DNA of 32,512 nt from Halobacteriales archaeon (GCA_007118075.1 SKSH01000191.1:1-32512); one strand, 5' to 3'. Numbered from the stretch's first letter, positions 16,877-26,422 are shown. Made by a program: numbers and translations. The notes: generated from the sequence alone by a model not told the origin.

Positions 16877-17548
16877 TCAGCCAGTTCGTTCCACCGTGAC
16901 GACCACGTGCTCCCCATCGGCTGCTGCATCAGGGGAGGCGCCGAGCACGCCAGAGAGGACGTGTTCGCTTGGATCGACCGCTTCGCCGTCGACGGTGATC
17001 GAGACGGTTGTATCCTCATCACGGTCATCGTAGTGTTCACCGTTGTACTCAATGACGGTCCCACCATCATCCACGACAATCCCGAGGGTAGCGAGGGCGT
17101 ATTCAAGCGTGATATCCTGGCCATGTGTGTGCCAGACGTTGTTTCCACCATGGAAGTGGAACCAGTAGGGATCGGCCATGATCAGCGATTGATCGTTTGC
17201 GAAATCGAACACCTCCCCGTCGATCTCCACGTCCATCAGCCCGTGTTCATGGAGACTATCGAAATCGGATGGTGTCTTCGCGACGTCATCGGTGTATAGC
17301 GGCGGTTCATCGCCACCACCCCCCGCCACGAGGACAACCGCCACGAGCATACCGATGACGAGGACCACCCCGATGCCTATCCCGGCGATTGCACCCGTCG
17401 GCAGTCCACCATCATCACTGTCGGTGTGCCCCTTGACACGTCGCTGGTCGATTGGACTCAGCTCATCTGCCGCGTGCTCGGTGCTGAGGTGCTGGATGAG
17501 TGCCGCCTCATCGTCGAATCGAGCATCGCAGTACCGACAGTCAGCCAT
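16877..17548 (-). CDS. Membrane-anchored protein with an N-terminal C2H2-type zinc finger and a His-rich C-terminal domain
   Basis: CRYC-x12-HLSTEH, one TM helix, then HEHG, FHFH and WHTH motifs. Start at ATG 17548. Confidence 0.8.
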   Translation of the reverse strand: MADCRYCDARFDDEAALIQHLSTEHAADELSPIDQRRVKGHTDSDDGGLPTGAIAGIGIGVVLVIGMLVAVVLVAGGGGDEPPLYTDDVAKTPSDFDSLHEHGLMDVEIDGEVFDFANDQSLIMADPYWFHFHGGNNVWHTHGQDITLEYALATLGIVVDDGGTVIEYNGEHYDDRDEDTTVSITVDGEAVDPSEHVLSGVLGASPDAAADGEHVVVTVERTG

Positions 17549-17593
17549 TACCCATACCAATCGGACGGATATTGATGAACGTCTCGGCTCAGG

Positions 17594-18559
17594 TCACCAA
17601 AGCGGTTCGAGACCAGCCTCGTCTCTGAGGACCCCGATGTACTCCCGGAAACCGCTTTTCAGATCGTACGCAGGCGTATACCCGAGCTCCTCCTTGGCAG
17701 CCGTCATATCAAGCCGCTGCGTCCACGGTAGCTCTCCTGCATCACTCACCTCGAGGTCGGCATCCGGAATGAGCTCTGAGACCGTCTCTGCCGCCTCTCG
17801 AACGGTCGCGAGCGATCCTCGGACATTGTAGATCGACCGGTTCCGTGATGCGGCAGGCGTCTCCATCGCAAGTCTGAACGATGTCGCGATATCTTTCACA
17901 TACTGCCAGTCGATGACCTGGTCCCCGTACTCGACACTGAACGGTTCACCGAGGGCTGGCTTTTCGATGATGTTGGCGAGGAAAGCCGAGCCGCCAGTCT
18001 CGCGGTATGGACCATACGCAACGGTCGGCCGGAGGCCGACGTGATCCAGATCGTAGTCCTCCTCATACACCTTCGCCTGGATCTCGTTGTACACCTTCGA
18101 ACCTCCATAGAGGGTGTCGGGATACACCAGATCCGCCTCGGTCACCCAGCCGTGGTCGTAGTTGGCTGGCGGTGCATACACTGCTGCACTCGAAGCCCAA
18201 GCGACACGCTCGATCTGATTGTCCAGTGCTCTCGCCGCCTCGAAGATGTTGGTCGTCCCCTCGATGTTCACCTTGACTGCTGCCGCTGGATTGGCTCGGG
18301 CAGACGTGGTCAAGAGTGCCGCAAGGTGGACGATATACCTCGCGTCGGACTCACGAAGGACCCGAACCATGCCCATCGCATCGACCACGTCACCACGGAT
18401 GACCTCCACCTCATCGGCAACTCCGAGCTTCTCGAGGATTCGTGTGTCATCCGAGTGATCGAAGCAGACGACATCGTATCCGTGGTCGACCAACTCCGCC
18501 GCGGTATACGATCCTATGAACCCAGTTCCACCGGTCAGGAATACGGTCTCGTCGGTCAT
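17594..18559 (-). CDS. NAD-dependent epimerase/dehydratase (extended SDR)
   Basis: LTGGTGFIGS, WASSAAVY, YGGSK and LRPTVAYGP motifs. Confidence 0.92.
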   Translation of the reverse strand: MTDETVFLTGGTGFIGSYTAAELVDHGYDVVCFDHSDDTRILEKLGVADEVEVIRGDVVDAMGMVRVLRESDARYIVHLAALLTTSARANPAAAVKVNIEGTTNIFEAARALDNQIERVAWASSAAVYAPPANYDHGWVTEADLVYPDTLYGGSKVYNEIQAKVYEEDYDLDHVGLRPTVAYGPYRETGGSAFLANIIEKPALGEPFSVEYGDQVIDWQYVKDIATSFRLAMETPAASRNRSIYNVRGSLATVREAAETVSELIPDADLEVSDAGELPWTQRLDMTAAKEELGYTPAYDLKSGFREYIGVLRDEAGLEPLW

Positions 18560-18610
18560 ACCGGGAGGGTCGTGCGACCGAGCAAATAAGCCAACGATTC
18601 CGGCTGTCGG

Positions 18611-20305
18611 TCACTCGTGAAGTCCACCGACAGCTCGGTAGAAGGAGGATTGGAGGTGTGCGCCAGCGTCGATCGTCGAATCGATGTCGACCACGACAAC
18701 CGCTGGGAGATCCACCGAGAGTGCATGCCGGTATGCGTCTACGAGGCCATCTGGCTCACTGACCCGTTGTGCATCTGCTCCGAGGGTCTCTGCGACCGCG
18801 GCAAGATCAGTCCCTGGGAACTCGACACCGGGAATCGCCGGATCGATCTCACGAACCATCCCAAGGGCTCCATCGTCGAGGACGACGTAGGTGGGTGAAA
18901 CTCCGTACTCCCGTGCGGTCTCGATGGCGGTCATGGTCATCGCGAACCCACCATCACCGGCGACGGATATCGCCTCATGGCCAGCCAGGGCAACCGCGAC
19001 CGCCGCTGGCGGTGACCACCCCATCCCGGCGACGCCGCCACTCCCGTAGTAGGTGCCGGCAACCCGTGTCTGATAGTGATGCATCAGCCAGAACCGATTA
19101 TTGCCCGAGTCCGCGAGGACAATCGCATCCGGGGGAGCCACCGATTGAAGGTCGGCTATGGCTCGCTCCGGCCTGACCGGTACATCATCAGCCGTCCGGT
19201 TGGGATCATCGAACGCATCCGTTCGAGCGTTGGCGGCGACAGAACGAGCCCATTCGGTATCAACTGATTCTGGGGCGTGCTCAACCAGTGCTGCGAGACC
19301 GAGGGCGGCATCACCGATGAGCGAGGTGTCAGCTGGGTACGTCCACCCGGCGTTTCGCGCATCGATATCGAGGTGGATGATCGTCTGGGTCTCCGGATCG
19401 ATGAAGTTCGGAGCCTGCCAGTTGGTGTCCATCGGGTTCAACCTGGTTCCGACCACGAGGAGACAATCGGCCTCACCGACCAGGCGATTGGCCTCCTCGT
19501 GACCGTACGACCCGATGACACCGCCGGCCAGTTCGTGGTCCTCAGGGATGGTCGATTTGCCAAGATACGAGGTCACCACCGCGGCACCGAACGCCTTCGC
19601 GGTCGCCTCGAGTTCCGCATAGGCGGATGACTGATGGACCCCATTGCCAGCGATGATGACTGGTGAATCCGATGCTACAAGCTGAGATGCTGCGGTCGTG
19701 ACTGCGGACGATCGAGGCTGGGCTCGGTCAACCGAACTCCGGGTCCCGACAGCCCATCGAGGTGGATGTGGATCGGCCGGGAGCGATTCGGTCACCGCAG
19801 CACCATCGAGGATGACCGCGGTCGGTCCGGGACGACCGGCCATCGCGTGCTTGAACGCCAGCTCCACGGCTGTGACGGTCTCGGTAGGTCGACGTGGCTT
19901 CCACGTCTCCTTGGTCATCGCATCGAGTATCTGTGGGAGATCGATACCGCCGTAATCTCCACGAGCGGCCTGGTACGGAGCCAACGGTGCGAACTCACCT
20001 CGTTCGCTCGCCTCGGTGATTGCCACCATCGGCGACGAACCAAGTCTGGCCTCCATGAGCCCCATCGCCCCGAGACTGCCGATCCAAGGTCCCTGACCCA
20101 TCAGGACACCCGGTTCACCGGTGATCCGTCCATGCGCCTCAGCCATCACGGCTGCCTGACGCTCATCACGTGGCCGGACAACCTCGATATCGGTCCCTGC
20201 GAGTGTCTCGAAGACCTCGATGACTCGCCCGCCTGGATAGCCGAAAACCCGATTGACATCCAACGATGCTAGCACCTCGACGATCGCCTCCGCGGTCGTC
20301 GTCAT
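18611..20305 (-). CDS. Thiamine diphosphate-dependent enzyme (acetolactate synthase-like fold)
   Basis: VFGYPGG, RDERQAAVMAEAHGR, QGPW, GRPGPT, HLDID and the ThDP motif AGDGGF...DDGALGMV. Confidence 0.92.
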   Translation of the reverse strand: MTTTAEAIVEVLASLDVNRVFGYPGGRVIEVFETLAGTDIEVVRPRDERQAAVMAEAHGRITGEPGVLMGQGPWIGSLGAMGLMEARLGSSPMVAITEASERGEFAPLAPYQAARGDYGGIDLPQILDAMTKETWKPRRPTETVTAVELAFKHAMAGRPGPTAVILDGAAVTESLPADPHPPRWAVGTRSSVDRAQPRSSAVTTAASQLVASDSPVIIAGNGVHQSSAYAELEATAKAFGAAVVTSYLGKSTIPEDHELAGGVIGSYGHEEANRLVGEADCLLVVGTRLNPMDTNWQAPNFIDPETQTIIHLDIDARNAGWTYPADTSLIGDAALGLAALVEHAPESVDTEWARSVAANARTDAFDDPNRTADDVPVRPERAIADLQSVAPPDAIVLADSGNNRFWLMHHYQTRVAGTYYGSGGVAGMGWSPPAAVAVALAGHEAISVAGDGGFAMTMTAIETAREYGVSPTYVVLDDGALGMVREIDPAIPGVEFPGTDLAAVAETLGADAQRVSEPDGLVDAYRHALSVDLPAVVVVDIDSTIDAGAHLQSSFYRAVGGLHE

Positions 20306-20427
20306 GGGAACCTCCGTACCGGGGCGATCGTGCTATCGTCGGTCGAAATCTCGTCGGAAACTCGACGCTCGATCATCTCCAGATTGGTCACGTGGTTCGC
20401 CCTTGGGTCTACCGGTCCGGACGGATG

Positions 20428-20433
20428 CTTAAG
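20428..20433. promoter_or_regulatory. Palindromic TATA-like box CTTAAG (cutA; possibly also the divergent ThDP gene)
   Basis: Lies about 25-30 nt upstream of GTG 20458. Confidence 0.55.
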
Positions 20434-20457
20434 CCCGATGGGGACGAAAACAGTCCC

Positions 20458-20760
20458 GTGCCAACCATCTATAGTACGTGTCCTCCCGATGCAGCGGTGA
20501 ATATAGCCGCCCAGCTCATCGAAGATCAACTGGCGGCATGTGTGAACGCAATCGACTGTCACTCGACATATCGATGGGATGGAGACGTCATCACCGAAGA
20601 TGAAACCATCCTCCTGTGTAAAACGAGTGCCGATCGGGTCGACGAACTGATCGAGCGCATTGATGCGCTTCATCCACACGAAGTACCGTGTATCGAGCGA
20701 TTCGATGCCACAGAAACCCCAGAACCATTCGCTGAATGGATCGAGGATTCCGTTCGATGA
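20458..20760 (+). CDS. cutA: Divalent-cation tolerance protein CutA
   Basis: LAACVN, STYRWDG, E.ILLCKT and LHPHEVPCI motifs. GTG start at 20458. Confidence 0.92.
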   Translation: MPTIYSTCPPDAAVNIAAQLIEDQLAACVNAIDCHSTYRWDGDVITEDETILLCKTSADRVDELIERIDALHPHEVPCIERFDATETPEPFAEWIEDSVR

Positions 20761-20790
20761 TAGTTCTTCCATCGGCGACGGTTGCAAACC

Positions 20791-20796
20791 TTTAAA
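20791..20796 (+). promoter_or_regulatory. TATA box of rpl11
   Basis: TTTAAA 25-30 nt upstream of ATG 20821. Confidence 0.7.
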
Positions 20797-20820
20797 CACG
20801 CCACAACGCCCCCTACGTGT

Positions 20821-21309
20821 ATGGGAGAAACGATCGAGCTGCTCGTCCCAGGCGGGCAGGCCACGCCGGGTCCACCATTGGGCCCAGAGCTCGGCCCGAC
20901 GCCGGTGGATGTGCAGGCAGTCGTCAACGAGATCAACAATCAGACCGCCGCGTTCGATGGCACCGAGGTACCAGTCACCGTCGAGTACGAGGAGGATGGT
21001 TCGTTCACCATCGAGGTGGGTGTCCCGCCAACGGCAGCGCTCATCAAGGACAAGGCAGGATTCGAGACGGGATCTGGTGTGCCCCAGGAGGAGTTCGTGG
21101 CCGACCTCACCATGGAGGAAGTCCGTGAAGTCGCCGAACAGAAGCTTCCCGATCTCCTCGCGTATGACGTGAAGGCGGCGGCGAAGGAGGTCATCGGTAC
21201 CTGCGTCACCCTCGGGGTGACCATCGAGGGGATCGATGCGCGTGACATCTTCGACGATATCGATGCCGGAGAGTACGATGACGTCCTCGTCGATGCTGTT
21301 GAAGCCTGA
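20821..21309 (+). CDS. rpl11: 50S ribosomal protein L11 (uL11)
   Basis: GGQATPGPPLGPELG, GVPPTAALIK and KEVIGTCVTLGV. Confidence 0.97.
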   Translation: MGETIELLVPGGQATPGPPLGPELGPTPVDVQAVVNEINNQTAAFDGTEVPVTVEYEEDGSFTIEVGVPPTAALIKDKAGFETGSGVPQEEFVADLTMEEVREVAEQKLPDLLAYDVKAAAKEVIGTCVTLGVTIEGIDARDIFDDIDAGEYDDVLVDAVEA

Positions 21310-21327
21310 ACCACCATCTACCCGCTG

Positions 21328-22116
21328 ATGTCAGACGTCCTCACCGCTGACTATCACGTCCACTCGAACTACTCCGATGGTAGCTTCCTCGAGTGGATGG
21401 TCCGTTCTGCGGCCCGTACCGGACTTGAAGGGGTCGGCATCGCCGACCATTGTATGCTCCCGAGACGGCGTGAGCCGCTCGAACACCGGATCGTCGCCGG
21501 TTACAACCTCGATCTCACCTACAAGCGTCGTCGCGAGGCGATCGACCTTGTCGATGAGGTGGTCGACATCGAGATCTACGACGCGGTCGAGATGGATTTC
21601 TTCAGGGAATCGACCGAGGAGATAGCGGCGTTCCTCGCCGAAGCTGACTTCGATTATGCGATCGGGAGCGTGCACGAGATCGATGGCCAGAACGTCCACT
21701 TCTCTGAGCATCTCCTCGATAAAAGCCCAAGCCAACGAAAGGCACTCGTCGACGACTACTTCGACGATCTCGAGACAATGATCCGATCTGAGTTGTTCGA
21801 GATCTGTGCTCATCCAGATATCGTCGAACGTAACGAGGCGATTCGGGGTCTCGCCACCAAAGCACACTACGAACAGATCGCCGCCGCATTCGCCGATTCG
21901 CGGACCATCCCAGAGCTGAACGCCGGTCGGATTCTCGATGAGTACGGTCAGTTCCATCCGAATGAACCCTTCCTCGAGATTCTCATTGAGTACGACATCC
22001 CGATCACCGTCGGGAGTGATTCACACAGTCCCGAGGCGATCGGCCCGAGGATCGAACGTCTCGAACGGGCTTTCGAAGATCACGGGCTCACCCCAGCCAT
22101 CCCGTTCGAACACTGA
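21328..22116 (+). CDS. PHP-domain phosphatase (histidinol-phosphatase HisJ/HisK-like)
   Basis: DYHVHSNYSDG, IADH, AVEMD, IGSVH, AHPD, ELN and GSDSH motifs. Confidence 0.9.
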   Translation: MSDVLTADYHVHSNYSDGSFLEWMVRSAARTGLEGVGIADHCMLPRRREPLEHRIVAGYNLDLTYKRRREAIDLVDEVVDIEIYDAVEMDFFRESTEEIAAFLAEADFDYAIGSVHEIDGQNVHFSEHLLDKSPSQRKALVDDYFDDLETMIRSELFEICAHPDIVERNEAIRGLATKAHYEQIAAAFADSRTIPELNAGRILDEYGQFHPNEPFLEILIEYDIPITVGSDSHSPEAIGPRIERLERAFEDHGLTPAIPFEH

Positions 22117-22133
22117 TTCGCCGGTTCGACGGG

Positions 22134-22226
22134 TTTAAGTCGGGCTTGGGCCTTTTCTCGGGCGAGACAGGTGTTCGCCTGTTTCGTCCGTAGCAGCGGA
22201 ATGTCCGCGTACTACGGAGGGATACC
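22134..22226 (+). promoter_or_regulatory. rpl1 promoter and structured 5' leader
   Basis: TTTAAG at 22134-22139. Hairpin GAGACAGG/CCTGTTTC (22164-22185). Second stem TCCGTAG..GCGGA-ATG-TCCGC..CTACGGA (22187-22218) overlaps SD GGAGG. Confidence 0.7.
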
Positions 22227-22865
22227 ATGGCCGATAATGACATCGTAGATGCGGTCGCACGCGCGCTAGAGGAGGCGCCAGAGCGGAATTTCGTCGAATC
22301 CGTCGACCTCGCCATCAACCTTCGGGACCTCGATCTCAACGACCCCTCACAGCGGGTCGACGAGAGCATCGTGCTCCCCTCGGGGACCGGCAAGGAGACA
22401 CGGATCGTCGTCTTCGCCGAGGGAGAGACAGCAGCGCAAGCCGAATCCGTTGCGGATGAGGTACTTGACGCCGATGAGCTCGATGATCTTGGGGATGATC
22501 AGGATGCCGCCAAGCGCCTAGCAAATGAGACCAATTTCTTCATCGCCGAAGAGGCGATGATGCAGGATATTGGTCGGAACCTCGGACGTGTGCTGGGACC
22601 GCGAGGAAAGATGCCGACGCCGCTGTCGCCTGATGACGACGTTGTCGCGGTAGTAGAACGAATGAAGAACACAGTGCAGCTTCGCAGCCGTGATCGTCGG
22701 ACGTTCCATGCACTCGTCGGTGCCCGCAACATGGACGCCGAGGAGATCGCAGATAACGTCGACACGGTGCTTCGTCGACTGCATGCCTCGCTCGAGAAGG
22801 GCCCACGGAACCTTGACTCCGTCTACGTCAAGACCACGATGGGACCCTCGGTGGAGGTGGCCTGA
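22227..22865 (+). CDS. rpl1: 50S ribosomal protein L1 (uL1)
   Basis: [23 protein letters not shown] and VYVKTTMGP. Confidence 0.97.
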   Translation: MADNDIVDAVARALEEAPERNFVESVDLAINLRDLDLNDPSQRVDESIVLPSGTGKETRIVVFAEGETAAQAESVADEVLDADELDDLGDDQDAAKRLANETNFFIAEEAMMQDIGRNLGRVLGPRGKMPTPLSPDDDVVAVVERMKNTVQLRSRDRRTFHALVGARNMDAEEIADNVDTVLRRLHASLEKGPRNLDSVYVKTTMGPSVEVA

Positions 22866-22866
22866 G

Positions 22867-23895
22867 ATGACCGTCCAGACCGAGACCATCCCACCGTGGA
22901 AGGTCGAGGAGGTCGAGGCACTCAAGGACCTCCTTGAGGAGGCTGATTCTGTCGGAATTGTCTCATTGACTGGCATCCCCAGTCGGCAGCTGCAAACGAT
23001 GCGGCGTGAGCTCCACGAGACCGCCCGACTCAGAGTCAGCCGCAACACACTGGTGCGGCTGGCACTCGAAGAGGTCGACGAGGGTCTCGAAGAGCTCGTC
23101 GAGCACGTCAATGGCCAGGTCGGCATCGTCCTGTCTGATGCCAATCCGTTCGCGCTATTCAGACAGCTCGAGGCATCGAAGACGCCTGCACCGATCAGTG
23201 CCGGCGAGATCGCCCCCAACGATATCATCATCGAGGGAGGGGACACCGGGATCGACCCGGGACCGTTCGTCGGTGAACTGCAAAATGCCGGGGTTCCAGC
23301 CCGGATCGACCAGGGGTCGATCGAGGTCATCGAGACGACCACCGTCCTTGAGGCAGGTGACACTGTCACCCCCGAACAGGAGGGGATCTTCAACGAGCTT
23401 GAGCTCGAACCAAAAGAAGTCGGTCTCGATCTGCGAGCCGTCCTCGCCGATGGTGTGATCTTCTTCTCAGAAGATCTCGCCCTCGACATCGATGCCTACC
23501 GCAGCGACATCGCCAGTGCCTCGAGTAATGCTCGGGGGCTCGCCACCGAGGTGGCCTATCCGGCGGTCGAGGTGGTGCCGGCGTTGCTATCGAAGGCTGA
23601 CACCGCCGCAATGTCGGTTGCCGTCAAGGCAGGGTTCATCGAGGCAAAGACGGCCGACGCGGTCCTCTCGGCAGCGGTTGCCGATGGCCGTACACTCGCG
23701 GTGACGATCGATGATGACGAGGTGGTACCAGCCGCGGACATCCCGGCCGGTCCAGCTCAGGACGCGGTATCGACTACGGAAGAAGCGGACACAACTGACG
23801 AGGAGCCAACCGAGGAAGCCGACGCGGATGATGAGCCGGAGGACGATGACGAGGAGGAGGCGTCCGCCGAGGGCCTCGGGGACCTCTTCGGGTGA
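22867..23895 (+). CDS. rpl10: 50S ribosomal protein L10 (uL10/P0)
   Basis: IPPWKVEEV, RVSRNTL, GDTGIDPGPF and an acidic tail ending EGLGDLFG. Start at ATG 22867. Confidence 0.97.
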   Translation: MTVQTETIPPWKVEEVEALKDLLEEADSVGIVSLTGIPSRQLQTMRRELHETARLRVSRNTLVRLALEEVDEGLEELVEHVNGQVGIVLSDANPFALFRQLEASKTPAPISAGEIAPNDIIIEGGDTGIDPGPFVGELQNAGVPARIDQGSIEVIETTTVLEAGDTVTPEQEGIFNELELEPKEVGLDLRAVLADGVIFFSEDLALDIDAYRSDIASASSNARGLATEVAYPAVEVVPALLSKADTAAMSVAVKAGFIEAKTADAVLSAAVADGRTLAVTIDDDEVVPAADIPAGPAQDAVSTTEEADTTDEEPTEEADADDEPEDDDEEEASAEGLGDLFG

Positions 23896-23901
23896 TCAAC
23901 A

Positions 23902-24219
23902 ATGGAATACGTATACGCAGCACTCATCCTGAACGAAACGGAGGAAGAGATCAACGAAGAGAACCTGACCGCCGTCCTCGAGGCCGCCGGTGTTGACGTG
24001 GAGGAATCTCGCGTCAAGGCACTGGTCGCAGCGCTCGAGGATGTGAACATCGACGATGCGATCGCCGAAGCGGCCCCGGTGGCCGCCGCTGGAGCCGCGG
24101 CACCAGCCGCAGAGCCAGCCGATGAGGAAGAACCAGAGGCCGAGGAGGCCGCTGATGAGGAGGAAGACGACGAGGAAGAGGAGGCCAGCGGCGAAGGCCT
24201 CGGTGAACTGTTCGGCTGA
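23902..24219 (+). CDS. rpl12: 50S ribosomal protein L12 (aP1 stalk protein)
   Basis: [21 protein letters not shown] and GEGLGELFG. Confidence 0.97.
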   Translation: MEYVYAALILNETEEEINEENLTAVLEAAGVDVEESRVKALVAALEDVNIDDAIAEAAPVAAAGAAAPAAEPADEEEPEAEEAADEEEDDEEEEASGEGLGELFG

Positions 24220-24264
24220 TAATCGACGGAAGGCCTTTTTCGGACGGCCGACTACCACATGTTG

Positions 24265-24804
24265 ATGAGCGACCGCATCGAGACGTCCACGCTGGGTGGT
24301 GGCTGCTTCTGGTGTGTGGAGGCATCGCTGGAACGACTCAGGGGCGTACAGTCGGTCATATCAGGCTACACCGGGGGAAATGTCGAAGAGCCGAGCTACG
24401 AGGCGGTCTGCACCGGGGAGACTGGCCACGCCGAGGTGGTCCGTGTCGAGTTCGACCCATCGGTGCTCGCCTTCGATGAGCTGCTGGCAGCCTTCTTCAC
24501 CATCCATGATCCGACGACGAAAGACCGACAAGGTCCTGATATCGGCTCCCAGTACCGATCGGTCATCTTCTATGAAACCGAGAAACAGCGGGAGGTAGCA
24601 GAGTCGATGATCGAAGATCTCGAATCCGATGGTGGCTACGATGACCCGATCGTCACTGAAGTCGAACCACTTGAAGTGTTCTGGGAAGCTGAAACCTACC
24701 ATCAGGACTTCTATGAGAAAAATCCGGAGCAGGCGTACTGTTCAGCCTACATCCCACCAAAAATCGAGAAGCTCAAAGAGAAATTCGCCCACGCGATTCA
24801 GTGA
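24265..24804 (+). CDS. msrA: Peptide-methionine (S)-S-oxide reductase
   Basis: GGGCFWC, TGHAEVV, HDPT, QGPDIGSQYRS and AETYHQDF. Start at 24265 or 24259. Confidence 0.96.
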   Translation: MSDRIETSTLGGGCFWCVEASLERLRGVQSVISGYTGGNVEEPSYEAVCTGETGHAEVVRVEFDPSVLAFDELLAAFFTIHDPTTKDRQGPDIGSQYRSVIFYETEKQREVAESMIEDLESDGGYDDPIVTEVEPLEVFWEAETYHQDFYEKNPEQAYCSAYIPPKIEKLKEKFAHAIQ

Positions 24805-24886
24805 TCATCTGCCGTCGGTTTGAAGACTACAAGTCTGATTGTATTCATCACAACCCCTAATCGGAAGAATACTCAAAGTTCCCGAT

Positions 24887-26422
24887 ATGCGCCGCAGACG
24901 GTTCATCTTCGCTTCGGTGGCAGCAGGGGTAACCGCCACCGCCGGATGTGCCGAGCTTCTCGGTGTTGGCGATGACGAGCCAACACCGTCGCCGAACGGG
25001 CAAGCAGATAGCGGCCCAACCGAGGAACTCGACGCGCTGCTTGAACCCGGACGCACCGTTGAGTTCACCAATATCCCACTTGCAGCATCGGTACCTGATG
25101 GCTCATTCAAGACCGACGATGGCATCGTGATGGCAGTGGATATCATCGAACCAGCCACGGAGATTGGCCCAGCGATTTTACGGATGGGCCTTCAGAATAC
25201 ACGCTCGTTCGGGCAACCGTTCGAGCTTGGACGGACTGGTATCCTCGACCATCCCCCATGGACGGAGGCAAATGGCACCAATCTACTGGTCCTACCAGCC
25301 GATAGTCGACCGATCGGCGAACGGGCGACGCTTCCGGTCACCGATACGATGTACCGGTGGCGGCCCGATTCGCTCATGGGGCCGTTCTACCCGGAGTACC
25401 TCCACCTCGAGGCTGAGGAGACCCTCATCGCTGATTTCTATCTCCTCTCGGAAGCCACCCCGACTAGTGCTCCGTTCGGGCCTGGACGGTACACCTTCGA
25501 GGGTGACGAACCGATCACCATCAGCATCTGGGATCACGAAGCACCGGGGCCGTCAGGACAATCCAGGTTCGATGACACGACCGTTCCCTCGCCTCAGAAG
25601 GATATGGCCATCAGCTGGTATCACGAGGCGACCGACCAGACCGAAGTCTATCTCCAACCCGCCACAGAGTTCTCGGAACTACCGACCGCACTCGGGTTCG
25701 AGGTTGTCAACTACAGCAGTGAACCGGTCGATGGGCGGTTGGGGAACATGAACCTGTACAAGTTCGATGGCTCGGAATGGTTCGATCTCACCCCGAACTT
25801 CGAGTTGCCCTACCATGGTCAGATCGTCATTCCGGAACTGCCCACCTTAGACCACCATGAACCAGCCCTACCGATCGATGTCGGTGAACGAACAACCGTC
25901 TATCCGGGGGACACTGCCACCGCACCGGTGATGTTCAACCAGCAGGAGGGAATCGAGCATGAGAACATGCTGGTGGCGCATTTCCTCGGAAACGGTCGAT
26001 ACGCGATCGAATCCGAGTATCAATACGATGGCGCCCATCTCGCGACGATGTTCGAGTTGGATGGGCCAGCCCTCGAGGTAGAACCTGAAGCTGACGCCAC
26101 CCTCGATGTGGATATCGACGCGGTCACGGTCGAGTTGCCAACCGGTCCGTGGGCCATCGAACCCGTGGAGGTCGTGGTCGAGCAATCCATCAGCGAGGGA
26201 TTCGATTTTCGAGTCATCTCTGAGCAGCTCTACCAAACCAGGTTTCGCAGCCTCAGGAACAGCATCCCTTTGTTCGACATTGAATCTGTCGAGACCGTAC
26301 GAGTCATCGGGCCACACCAGCTTGTCGAACCGTTCCAGGAGGCTGATACCGAGTCACTCAAGGTAGAGTTCGAGGGAGGGTTTTACCAGATGACCGCTGC
26401 AGTTCGAGACCAGACCGACTGA
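24887..26422 (+). CDS. Tat-exported lipoprotein of unknown function
   Basis: MRRRRFIFASVAAGVTATAGC contains a twin-arginine motif plus an AGC lipobox. The mature part is acidic. Confidence 0.82.
   Translation: MRRRRFIFASVAAGVTATAGCAELLGVGDDEPTPSPNGQADSGPTEELDALLEPGRTVEFTNIPLAASVPDGSFKTDDGIVMAVDIIEPATEIGPAILRMGLQNTRSFGQPFELGRTGILDHPPWTEANGTNLLVLPADSRPIGERATLPVTDTMYRWRPDSLMGPFYPEYLHLEAEETLIADFYLLSEATPTSAPFGPGRYTFEGDEPITISIWDHEAPGPSGQSRFDDTTVPSPQKDMAISWYHEATDQTEVYLQPATEFSELPTALGFEVVNYSSEPVDGRLGNMNLYKFDGSEWFDLTPNFELPYHGQIVIPELPTLDHHEPALPIDVGERTTVYPGDTATAPVMFNQQEGIEHENMLVAHFLGNGRYAIESEYQYDGAHLATMFELDGPALEVEPEADATLDVDIDAVTVELPTGPWAIEPVEVVVEQSISEGFDFRVISEQLYQTRFRSLRNSIPLFDIESVETVRVIGPHQLVEPFQEADTESLKVEFEGGFYQMTAAVRDQTD

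Noticed and set aside
22518..23489. Long antisense ORF (323 aa) over rpl1/rpl10, and similar shadow ORFs across the window
   Set aside because: Ser/Arg-rich antisense frames are an expected by-product of GC-rich, acidic codon usage opposite well-supported genes.
23770..24219. GAG/GAC-rich low-complexity tracts and similar 3' ends of rpl10 and rpl12
   Set aside because: These are the known acidic hinges and shared C-terminal motif of archaeal stalk proteins.
24220..24258. Terminator after rpl12 (GGCCTTTTT)
   Set aside because: Only five Ts, and it could equally be the msrA TATA-like element, so it was not called.
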